Notes: generated from the letters alone by a model not told the origin. Shown: positions 11,046 through 23,315, counted from the whole stretch's first letter. The stretch is 63,886 bases of DNA, filler included, from Octopus bimaculoides (GCF_001194135.2; 13 parts of 11 records of this genome joined end to end with filler, not necessarily neighbours in it), one strand, 5' to 3'. Program-made: numbers and translations.

Positions 11046-11989
11046 ATGTATTTATGTTCATATATTTGTCTTAGTTCGTTGATACCTTCAAATGGACATT
11101 ATGATACGTAACTGAATTGTTCTACATGCATACATCGTCTGCATGTCTATGGATGGTTAGCATATTGCGTAACACTGTTCCAAAATGCTGTTCATTTTGT
11201 ACATTATATATATTCAATATTCGCATAGCGATACCTTGATATGCGTCACGTTAGTTTCATTCTGTTCATAAATATAAACACATATATATATACACACAAA
11301 TATATATACGTATATGTATGTATATTTATACAAGCGTACATACATGCATACATATATACATACATATATACATACATACATACATACATACATACATACA
11401 TGTGTAAGTATTCATTTGTATGTGCTGTGCGTGAGGGAAATTGTTTAACACATCAACGAACATATTAGTTAAGTAATTAAATAGTTAGTTGATTAAATTT
11501 ATATCAGGAATATTTCTAATCTTCCTGTAAATCAATTTCCCAGGGTTGAAACCCTTACAGAGAAACATGCAGGGCTGACAACTGGTGAATACCGATTTCT
11601 CTCCATCCATTCATTCTTGCTCTCGTGGTAAATATCCCAGTATTCCTGAATAAATAATCTATTGGTGTCAAAGAAGTAATTGCTGAGCGGCGGCCATTAT
11701 ATAACTCACCATGCAGCGTATAAATTAACGCTAACCTGTGCTCTGAAACAATTTCGGAAATGTTTCTAAACGCATACAGGCTTCTAAGCGAGGGACGGCT
11801 TTTGCTATTTCCATGTGAGTCTGAGTGAATTTGTACTGTGAACATGTTTGTGTGTGTGCGTAAGACATACGTGCGCACACATATACACATACGCGTGCGA
11901 TGGTGGGGGTGAGGAGTGGAGAAGAAGGGTGGGAGGGGGAGACGGGGAGGGGAGAGAGATGGGGAGAGGAGAGGAGGAGGTTGAGACAA

Positions 11990-12165
11990 GGAGGAGGGGG
12001 AGGTGCAGAAGAAGACGAAAAAGAAGAAGAAGAAGAAGAAGAAGAAGAGGATGAAAAAAGGGGAGGAGGAGGAGAAGAAGAAGAAGAAGTAGAAGAAGAA
12101 GAAGAAGAAGAAGAAGAAGAAGAAGAAGAAGAAGAAGGAAGAGGAGGGGAAGAAGACGAAGAATG
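11990..12165. repeat. (GAA/GGA)n low-complexity tract
   Basis: Direct reading of the sequence. Confidence 0.9.
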
Positions 12166-12444
12166 TTACCACACGTAGTAACAACATGCTTTTCAAGATC
12201 GATTCCAGTGCCCGTCACATTCTTCAAATGTTTTTTTAGCAGAAAACGCGAGTTAAAAATGGCCGTTATATTTCGCAGATTCGTTACATAGAGATATGGG
12301 AAGCTGTGACATTCTTGCTTCTTTCCATTACCATCTCGATTAGATGCCTGTGTTACGATGTATAGCAACGACATGGTTCCAAGATCAATTTTGGCACGAG
12401 TCACCTTAAACAAATGTCTTTTGCCAGATCGTAATTTCAACCAG

Positions 12445-12713
12445 TGAAGGCACGTGGTTTAGTGGTTAAGGCAATCGGTTCACGATCGTAAGGTCGTGAG
12501 TTCAATTCCCGGCGACGTGTTGTATCCTTGAGCAAGACACTTTATTTCTTTATTTCACGTTGCTCCAGTCCACTCAGCTGGCAAAAATGAGTAGTACCTG
12601 TATTTCAAAGGGCCAGCCTTGTCACACTCTGTGGCACGCTGCATCTCCCGGAGAACTACGTTAAGGGTACGGCGTGTCTGTGGAGTACTCAGCCACTTGC
12701 ACGTTAACTTCAC
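12445..12713 (+). mobile_element. tRNA-headed SINE with a different core but the family A 3' module, cut by a gap
   Basis: A box TGGTTTAGTGG, B box GAGTTCAATTCC and core CCTTGAGCAAGACAC...CTCCAGTCCACTCAGCTG. From CAAAGGGCCAGCCTTGTCACAC onward it matches family A. Confidence 0.85.
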
Positions 12714-13076
12714 NNNNNNNNNNNNNNNNNNNNNNNNNNNNNNNNNNNNNNNNNNNNNNNNNNNNNNNNNNNNNNNNNNNNNNNNNNNNNNNNNNNNNNN
12801 NNNNNNNNNNNNNNNNNNNNNNNNNNNNNNNNNNNNNNNNNNNNNNNNNNNNNNNNNNNNNNNNNNNNNNNNNNNNNNNNNNNNNNNNNNNNNNNNNNNN
12901 NNNNNNNNNNNNNNNNNNNNNNNNNNNNNNNNNNNNNNNNNNNNNNNNNNNNNNNNNNNNNNNNNNNNNNNNNNNNNNNNNNNNNNNNNNNNNNNNNNNN
13001 NNNNNNNNNNNNNNNNNNNNNNNNNNNNNNNNNNNNNNNNNNNNNNNNNNNNNNNNNNNNNNNNNNNNNNNNNNNN

Positions 13077-13492
13077 AAATGTTTAGCAGTATTTCGTCTG
13101 CCGTTATGTTCTGAGTTCAAATTCTGCCGAGGTCGACTTTGCCTTTTATCCTTTCGGGGTCGATAAATTAAGTACCAGTTACGCACTGAGGTCGATATAA
13201 TCGACTTAATCCCTTTGTCTGTCCTTGTTTCTCCCCTGTATGTTTAGCCCCTTGTGGGCAGTAAAGAAATAAGAAATGTTAGCAAACCGGGCGAAATGCT
13301 TAGCGGTATTTCGTCTGCCGTTATGTTCTGAGTTCAAATTCCGCCGAGGTCGACTTTGCCTTTTATCCTTTCGGGGTCGATTGAATAAGTACCAGTTACG
13401 CACCGGGGTCGATATAACCGACTTAATCCCTTTGTCTGTCCTTGTTTCTCCCCTCTGTGTGTAGCCCCTTCTGGGCAGTAAAGAAATAAGAA
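13077..13492 (+). mobile_element. Head-to-tail dimer of SINE subfamily B2
   Basis: Two units ending TTAGCCCCTTGTGGGCAGTAAAGAAATAAG. The second unit starts at AAATGTTAGC (13274). Confidence 0.9.
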
Positions 13493-13971
13493 ATTGTGTA
13501 GAAGCCTGTTGACGGTACCTTTCCTCTGACTGAAATAAAGGGAGTTAACTTTTGTAAACTAAGGTTTGAAACAATGTCGCGAGCTACACTCGTCCTGAAA
13601 TTTGCCTATTTTACTGCACTCATGATTCTTATGAGTAAGGGTTGGTAAAGTTAAGTTCAATCAGATCCATTGTGTTTGTGATTGTAAATATACCTAAGTT
13701 CACCTCTGTGTGTGTGTGTCTACGTTTGTTAATATGTATGTGTTTGTGTGTGGCATGTATATTTATCTGTAAATGAGCATGCATGTTTAAATTTGCATGA
13801 CGCATGCGTATATGCCTGTAAATGCATGTGCGTGTGTTTGTATGTGCGTTTGTTTTCCTGCAGGCTATGAATATGAATGTATGATTATAAGTTGCCATGC
13901 TTACAAGATTTTTTTGTTTGTTTGTGTGTCTGACCATGTCTTTATCTCTGTAAGTGCATATGTGTGTGCGT

Positions 13972-14061
<90 letters not shown>

Positions 14062-15757
14062 GTATGTACGTGTGTGTGTGCGGATGTGCTTGGAAGTACG
14101 GATGTATGTGCGTGTATACGCTTTACTTGTGTATGTCTATATACGTGTACGTTTATGGAAATGCGTGTGCGTAAATGCGTGCGTGTCAGTCTGCGAGCTT
14201 TTACACATATATCTGTGCGTGTTTACGCAGGTGTTTTTCTGAAAGTAATTGTGAGTCGACTTCAAGGTTTTCATTTCGCAAAAAAAGAAACTATACGGTG
14301 ACAGGGAGGTGGGAAGTGGTGTTAAAGAAAGGCACAACAACATCAACAAAAAAAACCCCCACCAAATCACCCAAATTTAGAACTAATTAGTTCTAATCTA
14401 GAAAATAAAAGGAACGAAAGAAAAACTAATAATAATTATAATCTAATTCGGTAACTAATTAGAACCGAGTCAATGTTCAAATCTTAGTCGATTATATCAG
14501 CTCGGTCAGGATTTGTCGTCGCAGTTGATAAGAGTACAGTTTTTGCTCGTTTTGTGTTTTAGCTGGGTTTTTTTTTTTTTTTTTCAATCGACGATGTGTA
14601 AAAATAGGGTTTTCGAACCCCCTCAACTCCCAACGTGTAGAATATGTCTACTAAATGACCCTTTCTTCTGTTGCCAATCGTAACATAACTTTTTACGGTA
14701 TATATATATATATATATATATATGTGTATATATGTACATATATATATACATATATATATATANNNNNNNNNNNNNNNNNNNNNNNNNNNNNNNNNNNNNN
14801 NNNNNNNNNNNNNNNNNNNNNNNNNNNNNNNNNNNNNNNNNNNNNNNNNNNNNNNNNNNNNNNNNNNNNNNNNNNNNNNNNNNNNNNNNNNNNNNNNNNN
14901 NNNNNNNNNNNNNNNNNNNNNNNNNNNNNNNNNNNNNNNNNNNNNNNNNNNNNNNNNNNNNNNNNNNNNNNNNNNNNNNNNNNNNNNNNNNNNNNNNNNN
15001 NNNNNNNNNNNNNNNNNNNNNNNNNNNNNNNNNNNNNNNNNNNNNNNNNNNNNNNNNNNNNNNNNNNNNNNNNNNNNNNNNNNNNNNNNNNNNNNNNNNN
15101 NNNNNNNNNNNNNNNNNNNNNNNNNNNNNNNNNNNNNNNNNNNNNNNNATATATACCCTTCTTAACGTGCGTGGGTAGAGTTAGATGGTTCTCTCGGAGG
15201 AGAGAACAGAAAAGTGTAGCACGGGAAGAGGAGAGAAAAGAAAATTGAATCAGAAATAACCTCCCTTGATTTTACTACTATTACTACTACTACTATTACT
15301 ACTACTGCCGCTGTTCTTGTTGTTGTTGTTTTTGCTTCTTAAGTGTTATTACTCAGCTATTGTTGTCTTAAGAAATACTTCTTGTTTTAAAGTTTATTTA
15401 CGCTCGTTCTCCGCTTTCCCAAACAATATTAACTTTTATTATTGTTACTGCTGTTTACTAAAAGCCTTCGCAAGATGACAGAATCGATAATGGTACATAA
15501 TGGCTTACGGCGTTTAGCTATCTTATTTTTGCGTGCAGCGTTCGAATCATACCGAGGTCGACTTTGTGCCATTTTATTCATTTATTTATTTATTTATTTA
15601 TTTTACTTCTTCCATTGAGGAAGAGAATTTAAAATACCAATCAGTGCGATTATTCCTTTCTCCAATATGTATAAAGTTGGGCCAATGTTAGAAACCAGTA
15701 TAACCATAATTGCAGAATGATGATACTGGGTCGCATGGAAATATTTTAAAGTATTTT

Positions 15758-16195
15758 AAGGCGGCGTGCTGGCAGAAACGTTAGCACGCCGGGCGAAATG
15801 CTTAGCGGTATTTCGTCAGTCTTTACATTCTGAGTTCAAATTCCGCCAAGGTCGACTTTGCCTTTCATCCTTTCGGGGTTGATAAATTAAGTATCAGTTA
15901 CGCCCTGGGGTCGATGTAATCGACTTAATCCCTTTGTTTGTCCTTGTTTGTCCCCTCTATGTTTAGCCTCTTGTGGGCAATAAAGAAATAAGAAACGTTA
16001 GCACGCTGGGCGAAATGCTTAACGGTATTTCGTCTGTCTTTACGTTCTGAGTTCAAATTCCGCTGAAGTCGACTTTGCCTTTCATCCCTTCAGGGTCGAT
16101 AAATTAAGTACCAGTTGCGTACTGGGGTCGATCTAATCGACTGGCCCCCACTCTCCAAAAATTTCGGGCTTTGTGCCTAGAATAGAAAAGAATAT
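15758..16195 (+). mobile_element. SINE B2 unit fused to or nested in a SINE B1 copy
   Basis: AAACGTTAGC occurs at 15776 and again at 15993. The first unit has the B2 tail and the second has the B1 tail. Confidence 0.9.
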
Positions 16196-16455
16196 TTCAT
16201 AGTATTTAGTTTCCTTATTATATGTTCGGAGTTCAATTCCAGAAGAGTTGGCTTTCCTCTTTATAGTCAATAAAATAAGTACCAGCCACAAGCTGTGTAC
16301 CACGTCCACCAAGGCCTCTCCGATGCATCCACTTTTACTCCTGTTGTCATCTCTATTTACCCTCACTGCCGCCACTCTCAACCATTAAAATTCCTAAAGA
16401 GAATATTTCACCAAATTTTTACATCCGAGAGCTTCCTTCAAACTATCATTTCAAC

Positions 16456-16567
16456 CTAACGTTTCTTATTTCTTTATTGCCCACAAGGGGCTAAACATAG
16501 AGGGGACAAACAAGGACAGACAAAGTGATTAAGTCGACTACATCGACCCCATTGCGTAACTGGTACT
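16456..16567 (-). mobile_element. SINE B2 3' fragment
   Basis: The minus strand ends ...GGGCAATAAAGAAATAAG-AAACGTTAG. Confidence 0.85.
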
Positions 16568-17196
16568 TTGAAGCTAAGCAGTGAAAACCTTGACGTCGAC
16601 GTCTGGCGAAGAACATGTTAAAAACATAAGCTTCGCTTTCTTTCTTTGCAACATGCAATTAAACAAACAAAAAAAAAATTAACATTAACACAAAAGGTGT
16701 TTAAGAATTCCGAAATATCGCTCAAGAATAACCCGGAAAGTAAATTAAAAGAATGGTTTCCAAGGAGATATTAAAAACAATATATTTCCACAAAAGCGTT
16801 TTCAAGTAATTTCTTTACATTAAATTTGGGTTAAGATCTAAATTTGCTGTAGATTGAATTTCAAGTTCAACTGGCAGCGTTCGACTTAAAAGTGTTGTTA
16901 TTATTCATGATTGCTGGGAATTGAAACTTAGACTCTCTGTAGGTGGATGATTAGTTCTTTAAAAGATAAGCATCATCAAGGAGGACTTAGAGAGAAACCT
17001 CAATAATTGATTAACACAGTAATTAAGAAGCTAATAGAGAAACCAGATTAATCGTTTAAAACTATAAATAAAGAGATTTCAAGAATTTGAAACCAAAAAT
17101 GATTATTTTTAATCAAATGTTATTAATTTACAATGTTCGTTGCTTAGACGAACTTTCATTAATTTTTAAATGACTGAGTAAATAGCAGCATATATG

Positions 17197-17569
17197 TGTT
17201 GTTGGCACTCCGTCGCTTGTGATGTCGAGGGTTCCAGTTGATCCGATCAACGGAACAGCCTGCTCGTGAAATTAAAGTGCAAGTGGTTGAGCACTCCACA
17301 GACACGTGTACCCTTAACGTAGTTCTCGGGGATATTCAGCACGACACAGTGTGACAAGGCTGACCCTTTGAATTACAGGCACAACAGAAACAGGAAGTAA
17401 GAGTGAGAGAAAGTTGTGGTGAAAGAGTACAGCAGGGCTCGCCACCATCCCCTGTCGGAGCCTCGTGGGCTTTAGGTGTTTTCGCTCAATAAACACTCAC
17501 AACGCCCGATCTGGGAATCGAAACCGCGATCCTATGACCGCGAGTCCACTGCCCTAACCACTGGGCCAT
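17197..17569 (-). mobile_element. SINE family A
   Basis: Reverse-complement match to 1723-2109. Confidence 0.9.
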
Positions 17570-17785
17570 ATATTAGAAACATATGTTAGAAACAACAAAA
17601 GCAACAACGTTGACAATAGTAACAACAGCAACATGAACTTCAATAGCAAAATGATTATTTTACATTAGTATAGTTCTAAATATTGGTAGAAGGCATATAG
17701 ACGATTGAATCGCAGACGGTTGAAAGACAAAGACAATAAGCCGACAAGACCTCGGATTCGTAGATAGACAGACAGACAGACAGAC

Positions 17786-17841
<56 letters not shown>

Positions 17842-18471
17842 GTGGGCATGCACATGTGAGCGTATTTGTATGTTATTTCATTTATGCGCAATTTAGATCC
17901 TAATAGATGCGCATGCACGTGTGTGTGTCTGTGCGCATGTGCGAACGATTGTGTAAATGTATGTGTATGGGTAACCGTGTGTGTTTTTGAGTGTGTGTGA
18001 GAAAGAGAGAGAGAGAGAGAGAGCGTAAACGTGTGTGTCAGCGTGTGTACGTGTGTGTTTAAATGAGCACAAACGTGTGTTTCTGTATCATTGAATTATA
18101 TCTCGTTATTCGAAGGATAAGACAAGGAGGCTTATTGAAAACTTAAAACGGTGCCCAATATCAGGTGTATAACCACGAAACGAAATCAAAAGCCATGCTG
18201 TAATGAAGGTTTACAAATGTCAGATAAATCCCCTGTTATTCACAACCCCTTCGCAACGGTTGTTTAACGGTGACCCCGAAAGAGCGGTGGGGGACAGAGG
18301 GCGAAATGTTGATGACAAGAATCTTACGGTTTCTTAGCTCACTTTAAAAGATGACGGTTTCTTGTGGTTATTTCATATCTTTCGTCGTATCTGAACTTGG
18401 TCAGTGACACAGATCTATGTAAGTGTATTTATACATATACATACATACGTATGTGTGTGTCTGTGTGTGTG

Positions 18472-18505
<34 letters not shown>

Positions 18506-18515
18506 NNNNNNNNNN

Positions 18516-18558
<43 letters not shown>

Positions 18559-18885
18559 CATAAATCCATATAAATATATATATATATACATACATATGTA
18601 TATATATAAATATATATATACATAGATATATATATAGTTATATAGATATACTATATATGTATACGTATATACATATATACTATTACATACTCTATAGGAT
18701 ATATATATATACTCAACATATATATATATATATACACATATATATATGTATGTTTCTATGTATGTATATATATATGTATGCGTGTGTATGTATGTATATG
18801 TGTGTATATATATATATATAGACAAATGTATATAAATGTATATGTATGTATATGTATGTTGTATAGATATGTGTGTGTATGTGTT

Positions 18886-18932
<47 letters not shown>

Positions 18933-19833
18933 GTACATGTATGAGTGTGTATGTGTATACATGTATAACATTACATGCTGCGAAGTGTTTGTCAGTCAAT
19001 CCGACACACAGACAAACAAGCAGTACCAGTGGGTAGGAAACGAGTGATCATTTACGTAGAGAGGCTTAACGAATGCCATCTTGTGTTGCATCAATTCGCA
19101 TCCGATCGTATCGTTAATGACTCGCGGGACGAAATTTAAATGGCCACCAACTATTGATGTTTACCTTTTTCGTCTTAGCAGAAGAAAGCTAGCATTATTA
19201 TCCACCTAAATCGACATGGCATTATTTAATCATGCTATCTTTAAAGATGAGCTAAAGATATTAGCTGTTTGATTACATCTTAGCAGGAAAAGATTTTCAA
19301 TGTTTCACGTTATGATAATATTGTTTGAGATGTGTCAACGCAACGAAATCTGTTCATGACCTTCGTTTGATAATGCTAAATGCAGAAACTGCATACTTTT
19401 AAATGTGCCAGCGTGCGCACGAGTTTGCGAGTTTGTATTCAGTATGTGTGTGTGTATCTGTGCGTATACGCCTGTGTACATATGTGTACACATGTGCTTG
19501 TGCATCGCGGGGTAGCTAACCCCCTTAAATCCACATCATACTTTGATATTAAATACCTAGTTATGAGTCATGTGATCTCCGATGAACAAGGAATGGAGAT
19601 ACACTGTTTAAACGTGAAGTCTGGGTATTATTAATGTATATGATCAAGCTACGTATGTATAATATTCATATATAGATACATACGCACACACACATATATA
19701 TTGTGCATATGCGAAACTTTTGGCCCAGGCTTCACATTGCTTTGTCATACACACATACACACAAACCGTTAATCCCTACACGTTTTTTCTTTGTTTTTTC
19801 TTTATGTCTCTCTATTTTTTTTACCCCCCATTC

Positions 19834-19869
19834 CTTTTTGTCGAAGAGCGTAGGCTCGAAACGTCAAAG
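19834..19869 (+). ncRNA. Candidate minimal hammerhead (A6U core), copy 2, inside a repeat at about 19755-19945
   Basis: CTTT-TTGTCGA-A-GAGC gtag GCTC-GAA-ACGT-C-AAAG. Confidence 0.5.
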
Positions 19870-19967
19870 ACTTCTTCTCAAGCATTAAACTACTACATCT
19901 GCTTGTTGTTCCTTCACCTGTTTTTGTTTGTTTGTTTTCAGTACATTTGAAATATATAGATTACAAA

Positions 19968-20552
19968 GAAAAGTGCGAACACATGCAGGTTAATAATCTT
20001 AAGTTATCAAACCTGGTAAAATTACAGGGCAAGTTATTATTCATAGAAAAGTGCAGGACAAGCATATTTACACTTAAAATATTGCAGTTATAGTTAAAAT
20101 TTTGAAATATATTTAGATTTAATAACATAGCTGGCCGCCAACACTTTTTCTGCAAATTGTGGGTAGCTTATCCTGTTCAGGCTATATTATTAGCATTATT
20201 CTGCGTTTGAGAATTTAGCAATCATTTCTTTAACTTTCTAAGACATCTCAACGGTTCTAAAAGCAAACTTCGTTTGTTTGTTTACTTTTATCGTAATTTT
20301 AATTTAAAGATAATAGCTTTTATCAGCTACTCTATGATTAGAAAATTAACTCAGATAATAAATTTAAGGCTAACTGTTTGCAAAACATTTTTAAAAACTC
20401 AATAGCCCCATTAAAAATATTTTTTCAATTACAAGTTTTTAAGAGCTACTAAAAGTGCGGTCACATGCAGGTTAATATTCTTAAGTTACTAGCCCTGGAA
20501 AAGTACAGGACAAGCATATTTATACTTAAAATATTGCAGTTAGAGTTAAAAT
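19968..20552 (+). repeat. Direct repeat pair about 480 bp apart
   Basis: AAAAGTGCG..CACATGCAGGTTAATA.TCTTAAGTTA...GGACAAGCATATTTA.ACTTAAAATATTGCAGTTA at about 19968-20102 and 20451-20552. Confidence 0.85.
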
Positions 20553-20614
20553 ATTAAGTAGTATTCGACTGAAATTCCTTTTTTGCTCAACTTTTTAATA
20601 GAAAAAACTAGCAC

Positions 20615-20714
20615 NNNNNNNNNNNNNNNNNNNNNNNNNNNNNNNNNNNNNNNNNNNNTTAATTAATTAANNNNNNNNNNNNNNNNNNNNNNNNNNNNNN
20701 NNNNNNNNNNNNNN
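20615..20714. other. Artificial scaffold spacer 44N-TTAATTAATTAA-44N (first of 12)
   Basis: Identical 100-bp spacers start at 20615, 23316, 25803, 29654, 38020, 41568, 49008, 53021, 55750, 58998, 60998 and 62661. The 12-mer has stop codons in all six frames. Confidence 0.97.
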
Positions 20715-20940
20715 CAAACTCATTCGAAGACAGACAAACTCTAAGATAGATCTAGACAGATAGATAAAAAAAAAAAAGCATGTGTGTATGTATGCATTTG
20801 CGTGCGTGTGAGTGCATGAATGCGTCTGAATGCTTATATACATGTTTATGTCTGCATGTATAATATGTAATGTATGTATTGCAGTTTCTTATTACGTATG
20901 TATCCATTTATGAACGTACGAATGTCTGTTTTTATGTATT

Positions 20941-20989
<49 letters not shown>

Positions 20990-21064
20990 CAATTGCAGCA
21001 TGTTTTTATAAGCCATTTAAAAACACACAAAAACCATTAAATTCACTTCAACATTTAAATTTAA

Positions 21065-21116
21065 TTTGCCAAAATATTTTCGTCGCTTTGAGACCACGAC
21101 CTGTTCACTGACAAAA
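21065..21116 (-). ncRNA. Candidate type I hammerhead with a G3-C8 core, copy 1, inside a repeat at about 20995-21130
   Basis: Minus strand: TTTGTCA-GTGAACA-G-GTCGT ggtctcaaa GCGAC-GAA-AATATT-T-TGGCAAA. Helix I is 7 bp, helix II is 5 bp and helix III is palindromic. Confidence 0.65.
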
Positions 21117-21798
21117 TTCTGTGCTGCATCTCTGTCCGTGCATATATATATATATGTATGTATGTATGTATGTATGCATGTATTGTATGTATGTATGTAT
21201 GTAGTGTGGCGTAAGTTTGCGGGAATAAAAAACAAAAACACGTATACATGATGACGTAGGCTGTAAAGAAATGCAACGTCATCAGCAGACGACGCCGTCG
21301 TTTCTGCTGAATCAAGACATTAAGACGAGAAATAAACTTTTATCTCCGTACATAACTATGTATGTATGTATGTATGTATCACACGCATGTGTGAATACGT
21401 GTGTGTATATATATATATGTGTGTGTGTGTGACTGCGTTTGTGTGTGCGTGTGTGTATACATGCGTACATGAATGCGTGCATATTTGTGTGTGATTACGT
21501 ATGTATGTGTAATGACGTATGTATGTATGTGTACGCTCGCATGCATGTACATATGCGTTTATCTATGTTTTTAAATAAGTCTGTTTGAGTGCGGGCGCGC
21601 GTGTGTGTGTGCATATCTGAATACATATTGCAATGTAACTAAATAATGTAATTATCGGAATGAAACTGCCTATATATACGAACACGTTTGTACGTTCCTA
21701 TCGTGGACAGACAGACAGACAGATAGATCGATCGACAAACAGGCAGACAGGCAGATAGATCGATCGACAGACAGACAGACAGACAGACAGACTGATAT

Positions 21799-21920
<122 letters not shown>

Positions 21921-22010
21921 GTATTTTTGTGTGTGAATGTGTGTATATATATGTGAGCGCCTGTGCGTGTGTTCGCATGTGTCTCTGTGTCTATACAAAC
22001 ACAGACACAG

Positions 22011-22189
22011 AGGAGTGGATGTATGGTAAGTAGCTTGCTTACCAGCCATGTGGTTCCGGGTTCAGTCCCACTGCGTGATAACTTGGGTAATTGTCTCCTG
22101 CTATAGCCTGGGGACCGACCAAAGCCTTGTTGGTGGATTTGGTAGATGGAAACTGAAAGAAGCTTGCCGTGTGTGTGTGTGTGTGTGTG
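22011..22189 (+). mobile_element. SINE family C 5' half, cut by a gap
   Basis: Matches the head of 56641-57052. Confidence 0.85.
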
Positions 22190-22541
22190 NNNNNNNNNNN
22201 NNNNNNNNNNNNNNNNNNNNNNNNNNNNNNNNNNNNNNNNNNNNNNNNNNNNNNNNNNNNNNNNNNNNNNNNNNNNNNNNNNNNNNNNNNNNNNNNNNNN
22301 NNNNNNNNNNNNNNNNNNNNNNNNNNNNNNNNNNNNNNNNNNNNNNNNNNNNNNNNNNNNNNNNNNNNNNNNNNNNNNNNNNNNNNNNNNNNNNNNNNNN
22401 NNNNNNNNNNNNNNNNNNNNNNNNNNNNNNNNNNNNNNNNNNNNNNNNNNNNNNNNNNNNNNNNNNNNNNNNNNNNNNNNNNNNNNNNNNNNNNNNNNNN
22501 NNNNNNNNNNNNNNNNNNNNNNNNNNNNNNNNNNNNNNNNN

Positions 22542-23315
22542 TTTCTCACTTCCCGAGAATATACATAACAAAAGGAAGAAGATATGGGACAACGGTCGTC
22601 CAATTTAGGACAGTAGAGGAGGCGAGGATGCTGGCGAGTGTGGCGGTGAAAACAGAGGAGGTAGTGCTTCTGCCCACATACCTTGGAAGAAAGACTTCCA
22701 AGTTGAGGGTAGAAGCAATTCCACCGGATATAGAAGTGGCTTGGGTGGCGGCTGTTGTCTTTGCTGGGAGCGAGGAGAAGGTAGCTGTCCTCCAAGCCAC
22801 AGAAACAGAAGGAGGAGGATGGAAAGGAAGGACACTGGAACTAATCATTCAGGCGGAGGAGGGTCAACTCGAGAACTTAGAAGAGACGGTGACGTTGTGG
22901 GAAATCGTGCTAAGGGTGTGGGTAGAGGGCAGAGTCCCACGTTGTTTTGAATGTGGCTAAAAGGGCCACATTAGAGCATAGTGCCCTCTAAAGAACACAA
23001 TGGCTGTGGAGACGGAAGAGAAAAGAGGGGAAGAAAAGACAGACGGATGAAAGGAGAAAAAGGAGGAAGAATGTAAAGCTACAGAGAGCAGAAGGAGAAA
23101 GAGGAAAAAAAGAAAAGACACTGAGAATGATGTGGTACCCCAGTCCAACTCCACCCCACCCAAGACCACTCAGACCCTCCCTCCCCATACAGACACCATA
23201 CAGACACCCCATTTCCCCACAAGAAAAAAAAAAAGAAAGAAAGAACAGACCCCACAAAATTTAGAAGATCTCCCCCTCCCGGTGAAAAAGGTTACGAATG
23301 CATGGAGGAGAGAAC
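22542..23315 (+). pseudogene. Non-LTR retrotransposon ORF1/gag-like protein with a CCHC knuckle (L1/Tx1-like)
   Basis: Open frame ...LRVWVEGRVPRCFECG*KGHIRA*CP has CX2CX4HX4C at 22943-22984 with two in-frame stops, followed by a K/E/R-rich linker. Confidence 0.75.

Noticed and set aside
11900-12178. Acidic polyE ORF
   Set aside because: It is a GAA/GGA repeat expansion with no domain or splice support.
20659-20670. TTAATTAATTAA as a PacI or homeodomain element
   Set aside because: It is a synthetic six-frame-stop linker.
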